From: Dehalococcoidia bacterium
GTDB lineage: Bacteria > Chloroflexota > Dehalococcoidia > Plut-88900
NCBI GenBank assembly: GCA_965197645.1
Contig: OZ240219.1
Coordinates: forward strand, 2,528,001 to 2,592,000
Reading direction: 5' to 3'
DNA: 64,000 bases
The notes under the pieces were generated by a model. The model made no database searches and was not told where the DNA came from. It worked only from the letters and a program-made list of their open reading frames with translations. Shown here piece by piece: positions 28,714 through 38,368 of this stretch (the stretch's first letter is position 1; each line of letters starts with the position of its first letter). The translations under genes and the position numbers were made by a program.

Positions 28714-28769
28714 GCGGGGGTGCAGGCGGTCCGGTGCGGGAGGAAGGTGCGCAGCGAGTGTGGCGCGTT

Positions 28770-29126
28770 CTAGTACATGATGAGATGGGTGGGAACGAGT
28801 CGCTGCGCAATGGGGTCCACCGCCAGCCTCAACCCCTCCAGGGTGTAGGCTCCCAGCAGAGCCGGTGCGTCGTCCTCTCCGAACACGACGAGAGTGACCT
28901 CGCTGGAGCCGTTGACCGTCGCCCAGGCTCTCCCAATGTCCATCTCCACCCGGCGACCGTCGGCGAGCAGGAAGACGCCCTTGTCCATCGGCTCGATCCC
29001 CAGCTCGCGCAGAAGGCTGCCGGGCAGCGTCGTGTAGGCGGCCCCGGTGTCCACCGTCGCCTCTACCTCCCGCTCCTGCTGCCCGTCCATGCTGGAGATG
29101 CGCAGAGGGCACCTGAAAGTCCCCAT
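28770..29126 (-). CDS. Retropepsin-like (clan AA) aspartic protease
   Basis: VDTGA catalytic motif, LADGR flap, ALLG C-terminal motif. Confidence 0.88.
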   Translation of the reverse strand: MGTFRCPLRISSMDGQQEREVEATVDTGAAYTTLPGSLLRELGIEPMDKGVFLLADGRRVEMDIGRAWATVNGSSEVTLVVFGEDDAPALLGAYTLEGLRLAVDPIAQRLVPTHLIMY

Positions 29127-29271
29127 AGGGAGAGTCGCTCCTTCTCAGTGTCTACCACCCCATTTTACTCCATTCGGAACGTCTCTTATAGGGGCTGTGG
29201 CCCTTGACACCGGCAGCCGGTTCGTCCATGATAAGGGTAAGACATATTGTTACATCGAAGGGCAAAAAAAC

Positions 29272-29493
29272 ATGCCGAAGAAACGAAGGACCGTCACCTT
29301 CTCTCTGCCGCCCGAGATGGACGACCAGCTCAGGCAGGCGGTCAGGGAGGACGGCCGCACGCTGAGCGAGCTTCTGCGCGAGGCGTTCCGCCTCTACCTG
29401 GAGGAGAGGGAGTGGCGCAGACAGGAGAGGACGCAGATGCGGCGCTTGCGCCGAACCAGCAGGAAGCAACAAGGAGGACCAACAGATGAGTGA
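29272..29493 (+). CDS. Ribbon-helix-helix (CopG-like) protein
   Basis: RTVTFSLPPEMDDQL...GRTLSELLREAFRLYL; overlaps recombinase start by 8 bp. Confidence 0.85.
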   Translation: MPKKRRTVTFSLPPEMDDQLRQAVREDGRTLSELLREAFRLYLEEREWRRQERTQMRRLRRTSRKQQGGPTDE

Positions 29494-31072
29494 GCGAAAC
29501 GACCGCACGCCGGCAGCCCTCTACGCCAGGGTCTCCAGCGACCGTCAGGACGTGGACCTGTCCGTGTCCGCCCAGCTGAGGGCGCTCAGGGACTACGCCG
29601 ACAAGAACGACTACGAGGTCGTCCGGGAGTACGTGGACGAGGCGGAGAGCGGGCGCGTGATGAACCGCCCGGAGTTCCAGAAGATGCTGGACGAGGCCAA
29701 GAGGACCGACGCGCCCTTCGAGGAGATATTGGTCTGGAAGTTCTCAAGGTTCACCCGCAAGCGCGAGCACGCCGTCATTCTGAAGTCCATGCTCAGGCGC
29801 AAGGGCCTCCGCGTCGTCTCCATCACCGAGCAGGCCGAGGACAACCCCACGGGCAGGCTCCTCGAAGGCATCATCGAGACCGTGGACGAGTTCTACAGCG
29901 AGAATTTGGCGATGGAGGTCTTGCGGGGAATGCGCGAGGCCGCATCCAGGGGCTTCTGGGTCGCTCCGATGGCCCCCTACGGCTACAGGAAGGTCAAGGT
30001 GCTGGACGGCCCCAAGGAGAGGCCCGCCCTGGAACCGGACCCCGAAACGAACGGCATCGTCAAGCGCATCTTCGACCTGGCCGAGACTCGCAAGGGGATG
30101 ATGAAGATCGTCCGCATCCTCAACGACGAGGGCATCTCCAGCCCTAGGGGTAAGCTCTGGAACAAGCCCACCGTCCACAACATCCTCAGAAACGAGGCGT
30201 ACCTGGGCACCCTGGTCTGGGGCAACAACGCCAAGGACGGGGCCGAGCCGGTGCGGGTGGACAAGGCGTTCCCCGCCACCGTCGCCAAGGACCAGTTCGA
30301 CCGGGTGAACAGGATACTGCGCTCCCGCGCCCCCAAGGTCTCCCACCCCCGCAGAGTCGGAAGCACCTTCCTGCTGAGCGGCCTGGTCAAGTGCTACAGG
30401 TGCAAGAGGGCGCTCTCGGGCCGCTACTCCAGCAGGGGCACGTTCCCCTACTACGTCTGCCACTCCTTCGTCAAGCGCGCCCCCGGGTCCTGCGACTCGC
30501 CCAGGGTCGACGCCCGGCAGTTCGAGGAGCTGGTCGTCGGCCTGATTCGCACCAACATCCTGACCGAGGGCAACATTCGGAGCCTGGTCAATGTCGTGGA
30601 CGAGCAGATGGACGACGTGGCCGGTGACGAGCGCAAGCGGCTGGAGACCATCGAGAAGGAGCTTGCCGACGTGAGGGGCAGGCTCGACCGGCTCTACGAC
30701 CTCGTGGAGACGACGACCGAGTTCAACATGGCCGACTTCGCCCACCGCATCCGAGACCACAAGGAGCGTCAGGAGCGCCTTGAGTCCGCCGCTGAGGGGG
30801 CGAGGGCAATCCTGGCCCAGCGCAGGGCGGTCCTCGACGACGTGAAGACCATCACGGCCTACGCCAAGGACATGAGCAGGTTCCTCAAGTCGAGCGAGCT
30901 GACGGAGCGCAGGGCCTTCATCGAGACCTTCGTCAAGGAGATCGAGCTTCTGCCCGACAACGCCGTCGTCCGCTACACCGTTCCCATGCCCGACGACAGC
31001 TTGATTCCAGGAAAAAAAGTCCAGGAGATACCGCTGAACGGCTCGGTGGTATCTTCCGACGTGGCGGCGTAG
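29486..31072 (+). CDS. Large serine recombinase
   Basis: ALYARVSS catalytic Ser, FSRFTR, recombinase domain, LLSGLVKCYRC..YYVC..C zinc ribbon, coiled coil. Confidence 0.95.
   Translation: MSERNDRTPAALYARVSSDRQDVDLSVSAQLRALRDYADKNDYEVVREYVDEAESGRVMNRPEFQKMLDEAKRTDAPFEEILVWKFSRFTRKREHAVILKSMLRRKGLRVVSITEQAEDNPTGRLLEGIIETVDEFYSENLAMEVLRGMREAASRGFWVAPMAPYGYRKVKVLDGPKERPALEPDPETNGIVKRIFDLAETRKGMMKIVRILNDEGISSPRGKLWNKPTVHNILRNEAYLGTLVWGNNAKDGAEPVRVDKAFPATVAKDQFDRVNRILRSRAPKVSHPRRVGSTFLLSGLVKCYRCKRALSGRYSSRGTFPYYVCHSFVKRAPGSCDSPRVDARQFEELVVGLIRTNILTEGNIRSLVNVVDEQMDDVAGDERKRLETIEKELADVRGRLDRLYDLVETTTEFNMADFAHRIRDHKERQERLESAAEGARAILAQRRAVLDDVKTITAYAKDMSRFLKSSELTERRAFIETFVKEIELLPDNAVVRYTVPMPDDSLIPGKKVQEIPLNGSVVSSDVAA
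31045..31058 (+). repeat. Right inverted recombination site inside recombinase 3' end
   Basis: GGTGGTATCTTCCG, 12/14 match to reverse complement of 5643-5656. Confidence 0.65.
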
Positions 31073-31285
31073 ATGACGATGTGCCCTGCAGTCCGGTGAT
31101 GGTCTTGCTCGGCTGGCAGAAGCGCAAGCACGCGTTGGCACGATGCTCTCGGAAGCTATCTCCGAGCCGGAGAAGGGCCGTGGGACCGGCAAGCCTTAAC
31201 CTTAGGTAGGTTAGAGACTGGGTTCTGGGAGATTACGCTCTGCAGGCCGGAGGCAGGGGTTACGAAGGCCCCTTGAGTTTCCGTA

Positions 31286-31669
31286 CTAGCCCGACTGAAC
31301 CGGCAACTCGAAGTTCATCAGACAGAATACGTTGTCATCCGGGTCCGCGAAGACGGCCAGGCCGTCCGTAGGCTCGCCGTACTCCTCACTCAGTAGCCTG
31401 CCACCCAGGGCCTGTACACGGGGAACAGCCGCCTTCACGTCGGGCACCGACAAGTCGAAGTGCACCTGATTCTTGCCGGTCTTCTTCTCGGGCACCCACT
31501 GGAGATAGAAGATCACGCCGTTGGAAAGGGGCTTCAAAGCGACGTATGGGCCCCACGCCGCGACCCGCTTGGCTCCCAGCAAGGCGGAGTAGAAGGCCTC
31601 CGCCCGCTCAAGGTCCAAAACATCGACCCCGACGTGGCTAAGAAGCCCTACAGGTCCCGACTGTTCCAT
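31286..31669 (-). CDS. VOC/glyoxalase family protein
   Basis: HVGVDV.DLERA..FY, KNQVHFDL, FADPDDNVFCL. Confidence 0.88.
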   Translation of the reverse strand: MEQSGPVGLLSHVGVDVLDLERAEAFYSALLGAKRVAAWGPYVALKPLSNGVIFYLQWVPEKKTGKNQVHFDLSVPDVKAAVPRVQALGGRLLSEEYGEPTDGLAVFADPDDNVFCLMNFELPVQSG

Positions 31670-31764
31670 GGTGATTTTCTCCTCTCGTTTGGTCTGGGTT
31701 AGCGCGAAGTCCAGAGATGTTCCTAATCAACAACTTCTGGACCCATTAAACGAGACCGGTCCCC

Positions 31765-32595
31765 TCATTTCCCGCTATCGTCGTCCAGCCGCCGTTCCAG
31801 CCGTTGCAACGTTGTTTGGGTAGCACGGATCTCCCGCAAAAGCTCCTCTCTGGATACCGGGCCCTCCAGATCTCGCAATCGCTCCTTCTTGGCCTCGTCC
31901 AGGTTGTTGATGATGATAGCGATGAAGAGATTTATTACCACGAACGTCCCGACCACAACGAAGCTGACAAAGTATATCCAGGCCATCGAGTGCAGCTCCA
32001 TGGCAGTATCCATTACCTTGGTCCACCCCTCCAACGTCATGATGTTGAACAGTGTCAGCACCGATGTGCCGAGGTTGCGCCAGTGTTCCGGATCGTGTTC
32101 GTGAAATAGGTGGTAGCCCATAATGGCGTAGATGTAGACGAGAATTCCGATCAGCATTATCACGTGTCCTACGCTGGGGATCGACCGAACCAGCGCGGTG
32201 ACGATGAGCCGCAGGTCTTTCACCGTTGACATCAGCCGCAGCACCCGCAGCAGCCGGGCCAGGCGAGTAATCATGGCAAACTGGCCAGTGGCCGGAACCA
32301 GCGAGAACACTATCACCAGAAAGTCGAAGACGTTCCAGCCGTCCTGAAAGTACCGGAATGGACGAGGGGACAGCGCCAGCATCTTCAGCAGCGCCTCGAC
32401 GATGAACACGCCTAACGCCACCTGGTATCCCAGCTCCAGCCAGTCGCCGTACTGTCGGTCCACCCGGGAGGAAGTGCCCAACCCCAACAGGGCGGCATTG
32501 GCCAGAATGACCCCAATGATGAAGTATTCGAACCACCCTGAGTTAACCAGTCGCCCGGTAACCTGTACGAGTTGTTTCGGTGTATGTTGCTTCAT
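31765..32595 (-). CDS. Voltage-gated cation channel (BacNav-like)
   Basis: 6 TM, WNVFDF, S4 RLARLLRVLR, filter TLEGWTK, NLFIAII, C-terminal coiled coil. Confidence 0.92.
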   Translation of the reverse strand: MKQHTPKQLVQVTGRLVNSGWFEYFIIGVILANAALLGLGTSSRVDRQYGDWLELGYQVALGVFIVEALLKMLALSPRPFRYFQDGWNVFDFLVIVFSLVPATGQFAMITRLARLLRVLRLMSTVKDLRLIVTALVRSIPSVGHVIMLIGILVYIYAIMGYHLFHEHDPEHWRNLGTSVLTLFNIMTLEGWTKVMDTAMELHSMAWIYFVSFVVVGTFVVINLFIAIIINNLDEAKKERLRDLEGPVSREELLREIRATQTTLQRLERRLDDDSGK

Positions 32596-32942
32596 AGTGC
32601 GGTATCGGTGGGTCTATTGTTTTTCGGGTAACATCCGAGAGCCGGTCCTCGTATCGTGACTTGCCTCACGTAGATTGACATAATCCAGTCAGGTCTGACG
32701 GCCGAGGGAAACCCCTTGATGTCGGCTTTTTGGACGGCGTACCACTCTTCGGGCGTCATAGCTGGAAGTAGGGCAAAACGCCGTTCAAACAATCATTCGT
32801 ACCGCTGAGTTTCAGGCCGTTCCGACTCCGAGGGTGATTGCCGACGTTCCTTCGTGCAATGGTCAGGTTTTGCATCGTCGGCAGGATTTGTCGCCGGCTA
32901 CTTGTCTAACGAAAAACACCTCTGGGACGGAGTAGCCACTTC

Positions 32943-33374
32943 TCAGACCACTCTCCCATCGGGTCCGACCTCCGGGTTTGCCGACTCGTGATAGTGGACT
33001 ATCTTCCACTCGCCACCGGTCCTGTGAAGAATGAAGGTAACCCGGCTGTTGAACTCGTATCTGCTTCCCTCCGGTACGGCGTCTGCCAGTCCTATGGTGT
33101 AGCAGAAAGCGTAGGCGACATCACCAAACACATCTACTACCAAGTCGCTGTAGTTGTAATCGGCATTGCTGAGGGTAGCAGCGAGGTTATCGTAGTAGCG
33201 ATCAATACTGGCCCACCCCACCAGCGCCTCCTTGTTTTCCTCGGCCAGGTAGATAACATTGGGGTCGCTCTGGTCCCAAAGACTCTTCAACCGCTTGGTA
33301 TCGACGGCGCTCATGCCAGCAGTCCATTTGTCTATCCGTGCCTTTATCTCCTGCGTTTGGTGCTCTGTAGCCAA
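32943..33374 (-). CDS. SnoaL/NTF2-like protein
   Basis: RVTFILHRTGGEWKIVHYHES; GGAGGT RBS. Confidence 0.85.
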   Translation of the reverse strand: MATEHQTQEIKARIDKWTAGMSAVDTKRLKSLWDQSDPNVIYLAEENKEALVGWASIDRYYDNLAATLSNADYNYSDLVVDVFGDVAYAFCYTIGLADAVPEGSRYEFNSRVTFILHRTGGEWKIVHYHESANPEVGPDGRVV

Positions 33375-33605
33375 AGCATGACCTCCAAGGCAATAGCGCT
33401 TCCAACGAAATCCATTGGTGAACCGGCCACCGTCCCCCCGGTGAGCGGCCTTTGTAATCTATACTCCCGCTCTTCGAGCGTCAAGGCGGAGGTAATATTA
33501 GCATCGAAGGGGTGCAACCATCGGAAGTAGGTCGCAAATCTGGACGCCAGGATTTCCGGGTTGCAAGTGCCCATCGCTCCTGCCTGTATGATGGCCGCAA
33601 GCCCC

Positions 33606-34442
33606 TCAGAGCGCCAGTGATCCTATCCGGTACTTCGGTCTGTCCGACTCCGGCAACACCGACAGGTCCATGGGACCGGCGCCTGTCTCCACCAGTACGG
33701 ATGTTATGCCGACGTTGTTAGCGCCCCGGATATCGGTGCCTGGTGTGTCCCCTATCATCACCATGTCGCTGGTGCCGGTACGGCGAATCGCTTCTTCGAA
33801 CAATGCCGGGTTGGGCTTGCCAAGGCGTGTGAACGTCAGGTCCGAACGACCCGGATACTGAAGAGCCATGGCAGACTCAAACATCTGAGCCACAGTGCCG
33901 CTGGCGAAGCCGTAGCCTTCCCGTTCCGGATAGATAAGATCAGGGTTGGGTAACACCAGGTGGGGCGTCTCACCTCTATGGATTTTGCGGATCAGCTCAC
34001 TCAAGACTTTGCCGGTGGCGTCCAGGAACGGGTAGCCGTCCTGATCGCCGATTACAACCACATCGAAGTCCTCGTCGAAGGCGACCACCTCACCCCCTGC
34101 CTGTTGAACGTAGCTGGCGCTATCCTCCGTTCCCAGTACCACGCACCTCGAACCGACCAGCCCCTGGCTCTGGAAATGCCTTTTCAACAGGATGCCGGAA
34201 GTTACTATCCGGCTGGAGTCTATGGCGAGTCCCATTTCGACATACCGTGCCGCTCGCGTCTCCGGAAGCGCCGAGGCGTCGTTGGTCAGTACTAAATACG
34301 GCTTCCCCAGCGAGTTGAGCGTTCCAATCGCTTCGGAGGCTCCGGGAAGGGCAGAAGGCCAACGCACGAGGACGCCATCGGAATCGAAGAGGATAACGTC
34401 AAACTGATGTATCAATTCGCCAAGGGTTGTCCGTAAGGCCAT
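33606..34442 (-). CDS. HAD-IIA family hydrolase
   Basis: DSDGVL, LTND, NPD, GKP, IGDT..TDI.GA. Confidence 0.9.
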   Translation of the reverse strand: MALRTTLGELIHQFDVILFDSDGVLVRWPSALPGASEAIGTLNSLGKPYLVLTNDASALPETRAARYVEMGLAIDSSRIVTSGILLKRHFQSQGLVGSRCVVLGTEDSASYVQQAGGEVVAFDEDFDVVVIGDQDGYPFLDATGKVLSELIRKIHRGETPHLVLPNPDLIYPEREGYGFASGTVAQMFESAMALQYPGRSDLTFTRLGKPNPALFEEAIRRTGTSDMVMIGDTPGTDIRGANNVGITSVLVETGAGPMDLSVLPESDRPKYRIGSLAL

Positions 34443-34711
34443 CAGCCTGTACCTACATTCTCGAGGGTAGAGGGCTTGGTATCAACTTCGTAATAGCAGC
34501 GGTGACCTCTTGACCTGGTGTGGGGCAGTGGTGCGCGCCAGCATTCTCGGAATGCGTCCCGGGGTACGGCTGCTTCGGTAATCGGAAGGGCCAACCTCAC
34601 CACAGCCGCATCCACTATACTCGCGACCATCCCTCTACAAGCCGTCAGACGAGTCCGAGAGGCTTGCTTGGAGTCCGACTTCGCTCCGATGAGTCGAGAG
34701 AGTGAACGGCG

Positions 34712-35845
34712 TCAGTTGAGGGGGAAGTCGTAGAGCTTGGCTGCGTTGTCACGCACTATCTTGCGTTTATCGTCCTCGGGAATACCGTCGAAGATGCGGT
34801 CTATGACTTCTTGCGAATGGGGAAAGGTGCCCTCGTCGTGGGGGTAGTCGCTGCCCCACATCAGGCAATCGACACCGGTGACTTCACGGTTCACGAGTCC
34901 CACACGATCATCGCCAAAGGTGGCGAAGCCTTGGCGCTTGAAGTATTCGCTGGGCAACAATTCCAGCTGCGGGACCTCCCACATGTGGCGTTTGTAATGC
35001 ATCTCATCGAGAGACTGGAGGACCCATGCAAGCCACCCGACGCCTGATTCGACAAGTACGAACTTGAGATTGGGGTGCCTCCCGAGGATGTTGGCGGATA
35101 TCATCATGACGGTGGGCTCCATGGCAGCAGACATGCCGAGAATATTGCCAAGAAGGCCCTCGCCAACGCCACTTACCCCGTCGTCGGTACCGTACCCATC
35201 CTGGGACCGGACTTCGGGTCCGGACGTGAAGACGTGGAACGCCAGCGGGACACCCAGGTCTTCGGCGGCTGCCCAGAAGGGTTGGTAGTCCGGGTGGTTG
35301 TAGGGTTTGGTGGGCATGGTGCAGGGCAGCGACAGGGACTTGTATCCCATCTTGGCCACCCGCTCCGACTCTTCGATAGCGTCTTGGATGTTCAGCATCG
35401 GAATCTCAGCGGTGAGGGCGAAGACATCCGGACGGCTGCCGAGTACCTCGTGGTGGTAGTCGTTGTACAGCGTCGCTAGCGTCTTCTGGAACAGCGGGTC
35501 CGGGGAGGCGAACATCTTGAACACGGCCTGGGGGTAGATCACCTCTGCGGATACACCATCCCGTTCCAGGTCCGCCAGCCGCAGATCGATATCCATTCCA
35601 CCTTCACGGTGTTGGACCCTGCCCACCTCTTCGCCATCGCGCCAGTAGCGGCTCATATCATCTTCGTTGAGCGGGTGAGGAGCCTCGATGGGTGCAGGCG
35701 GCTGACCCTCGTAGATCAGGCAACGCTCCCCGTTCACGACCGCCTCGTGGGGAGCTCGCTCTAGGTACTCCGTGGGCAACCTATCGTAGAGAGACTGGGG
35801 CTCGTTGCAGTGTGAGTCGGCCGAAATGACGTTGTAATCTGCCAT
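34712..35845 (-). CDS. Amidohydrolase family 2 protein
   Basis: ISADSH, FHV, VESG.GW, MWGSDYPH. Confidence 0.92.
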   Translation of the reverse strand: MADYNVISADSHCNEPQSLYDRLPTEYLERAPHEAVVNGERCLIYEGQPPAPIEAPHPLNEDDMSRYWRDGEEVGRVQHREGGMDIDLRLADLERDGVSAEVIYPQAVFKMFASPDPLFQKTLATLYNDYHHEVLGSRPDVFALTAEIPMLNIQDAIEESERVAKMGYKSLSLPCTMPTKPYNHPDYQPFWAAAEDLGVPLAFHVFTSGPEVRSQDGYGTDDGVSGVGEGLLGNILGMSAAMEPTVMMISANILGRHPNLKFVLVESGVGWLAWVLQSLDEMHYKRHMWEVPQLELLPSEYFKRQGFATFGDDRVGLVNREVTGVDCLMWGSDYPHDEGTFPHSQEVIDRIFDGIPEDDKRKIVRDNAAKLYDFPLN

Positions 35846-36030
35846 GACTCCTCCTGTATCGATTCGTCTGCTAGTCTAGCATACGTTCCCAGACCTGAGG
35901 AGAGCGTGGGGGGGGTTGAGCGACTTAGGGGGACTGCTGCTTAAACCCGACCGCGAACAAGGCGTTTCCGATCCAGCACAACGAGTGAAGATAGTATCCC
36001 GTAGACGAGAGCCGTATAGAACGTGGATTG

Positions 36031-36945
36031 TTAAGCCGAGAGGGCTTCGATTACAGCCCCCACTTTGCCCGGCCCCGCTGTGGTCATCTCTCCGACCGCT
36101 TTGACGACGTTTGGGTGCTGCAATCCCGATACGAGGAAGGTCCACCGCCACGCCTTCTGGGTATTCGCCGTGATCTCCTCTTTCTCGCCATCGGTGAACG
36201 TCCGGCCCGTCACTCTCTCGAGGGCTTCTATGTTCAGCCCGATCTGCTGCGCCAGGAGCCCGTCGATGGCTCCGCCAAGCTCTATGACCTCGTCGACTGC
36301 CGTCTCCCGCTCTTCCAGGGTCATCTGCTCGGCTACCTCGCCCATGAGCAGCGTGTCCAGCTTGGCGTGCTGCGCCTCCTCCATCCAATGGAACCTCAAG
36401 AGGTCTCTGAACAGCAGGTCCAGGTCCGAGTCCTCTCGCACGTGCTCAATGTAGTGGAGCTGGGTGAACCATTCGATGACCGTGGTCAAGATCATGACCG
36501 CCAGCTTCGACTTGCTTCGGACTACCTCCGCCACCTGTTCCCGACCGGGGATCAAGCCACACTCACTGCCGAAGCCCTCACCGAAGAGATCGACCGATAG
36601 TCGAAACAGCTCCTGGTGCTTGAGCTCTTCCTCGGCAAACCGAAGCAGTGCACGGGCCCTGACTTCGTCTCCATAGACCTCTTTCATAGCCTCTTCAGTG
36701 ACGGCGGGGATGATAAACTCTTCCACGAATGCGAAAATGTGACAGTAGGCGTTGCCCATGATCTGGTTCAACAGACGCTTCTCGTCGTCGTTCAAACACT
36801 CTATCCCGTCTACACCGGTCAGCCTGTTGGGCAGAAAACGCTTCGAAAAGTCGAAGTTCTTCCCGCCCAGGACCTCGTCCTCTAGCCACGAGACCTTCTT
36901 GGAGTTGTCCAAGCAGTCCTGGTACGTGTAGGTGTGTGAGAGCAT
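36031..36945 (-). CDS. Ferritin-like diiron protein (AurF-like)
   Basis: VEE, EELKH, IEWFT, EEAQH motifs; ATG 36945 with GGAGG RBS. Confidence 0.8.
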   Translation of the reverse strand: MLSHTYTYQDCLDNSKKVSWLEDEVLGGKNFDFSKRFLPNRLTGVDGIECLNDDEKRLLNQIMGNAYCHIFAFVEEFIIPAVTEEAMKEVYGDEVRARALLRFAEEELKHQELFRLSVDLFGEGFGSECGLIPGREQVAEVVRSKSKLAVMILTTVIEWFTQLHYIEHVREDSDLDLLFRDLLRFHWMEEAQHAKLDTLLMGEVAEQMTLEERETAVDEVIELGGAIDGLLAQQIGLNIEALERVTGRTFTDGEKEEITANTQKAWRWTFLVSGLQHPNVVKAVGEMTTAGPGKVGAVIEALSA

Positions 36946-37185
36946 GGGTTTCGCCTCCCTATTGTTGGGGACCTTCACTGGGCTACCCCCATTTGGCCGT
37001 CTGGATTGATCACCAGACTTACTATTATAGTATAAACAACGATTATTTTTAATATAAGCAATCGCTATTTTGACATCGCTCACAAAAGTCACCAATCTGT
37101 ACCCAAGATCTCGATGGAACGAGGGTCGCAGAGCGGACCTCGTAGGTCTCGACATGCCAACCGTACGTAGCAACAAGGCCGGCCG

Positions 37186-37767
37186 ATGCTCAAACTGATT
37201 GCTCCGCGGGACCTGGGCCCGATCCCTGCCATTGCGGCCACGGCGTTCGTGGCCCTGGCCATTTTTTCGTGGACGGAGAGGACCGTCATCGTTGACCCGG
37301 AAGGGATGTCCGTTCCCTACTGGCCCTGGAAGCTGTGGCAGATCGGTCCGTTGCTCATGGGGTTCGGCGGCGTCTGGTGGATCTGGCTGAGCACCCGCCG
37401 AGTCCCTTGGGTGCGCAGCCTCGCGCTGGGCTTACTGGCTCTGGTGGTGCTCGGCAACGGTTACACCGGCCTGTTCGGCGACTACTGGGGTGAAGTGTGG
37501 CGCACCGTCAACCCGCTGTTCATCGGTTCCTCCACCGCAGCGGCGGCGGCCCTATGGCGTTGCGGACACATAGCGGGGCGAGTGGGTGGGATGGTCTCGG
37601 TGGCGTTGGGCGCCCTGGTATTCGCCAATGCATACTTCGTCAACAACGGGATTATCTGGCAGATACTGGACCCGGTACGAATGCTCACTGCATTGGCCTG
37701 GGCCGCCGGCGCCAGCCAGGCCAACGTTGCCACCCTCGAAAGTGGTCGGTCATCAGATGATGGCTAG
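37186..37767 (+). CDS. Hypothetical integral membrane protein
   Basis: About six hydrophobic segments. Confidence 0.65.
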   Translation: MLKLIAPRDLGPIPAIAATAFVALAIFSWTERTVIVDPEGMSVPYWPWKLWQIGPLLMGFGGVWWIWLSTRRVPWVRSLALGLLALVVLGNGYTGLFGDYWGEVWRTVNPLFIGSSTAAAAALWRCGHIAGRVGGMVSVALGALVFANAYFVNNGIIWQILDPVRMLTALAWAAGASQANVATLESGRSSDDG

Positions 37768-38368
37768 CACTCCCGACAGGTCATCGGTGCAACATTGCCA
37801 TGCTCCTGCAACGCATCATCGATCAGACCTTTGCTTTGGCCACAGTCCTGTAATGGCACAGGACTTCCATTGGCGCCGGTGCCCCGATTGCAGATATGCC
37901 GTCCAGGGAGTGGCCGAAGTCGACGGCTCACCGCCGGACTCCCCAGGACGGATTGTTTCGAAGAGATAGAGAACCGATTCTGTTGCAAATCAACCGGTGC
38001 AGTCTATAATCTGGGACACTGACAGCCTTACCCAACAGCGAAAGCGAATACGAATACAACCCGATGTGCAGTCCAGCGTAGCTGTCTTGGCGGCCTACAC
38101 GTCCCCCAGTCTCCCAACCGAGGCCACAACTCACTTCTAACCCTTGACCAGATTCTCCCTCAAGTTGCGGAAGAACTTCCATCAGCTGGCCGAGTATAGG
38201 CTGAGCGACCTACCCGCTCTCGTTCTAGGAGTATGCTCAGTGAGATCCGGGGACTGCTAACGCTGGTTACAGTGAGGTGTCTCCCGGTAAGCGACACCTG
38301 CCAACAGGCGAATGTGGGATGACCGTCTCAGGACCTATGCCCGAAGAACCCATTGAAGGCGCTGTAAC

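Larger units (their letters stand above)
5648..31053. mobile_element. Integrative conjugative element, apparently inverted
   Basis: Serine recombinase, VirB4/VirD4/VirB6/PrgI/pilin-like genes, relaxase-like gene and many HTH regulators; visibly more GC-rich than the flank after 31.1 kb; inverted terminal sites. Confidence 0.8.

Noticed and set aside
5647-31034. 9-bp direct repeat AGATACCGC (5647-5655 and 31026-31034) as attL/attR
   Set aside because: Recombining it would not restore a sensible recombinase tail; the inverted 14-bp pair explains frame and symmetry better. It may only reflect a hairpin arm in the gene end
32592-32792. Small ORF upstream of the channel gene
   Set aside because: Possibly a gene remnant, but no supportable family assignment
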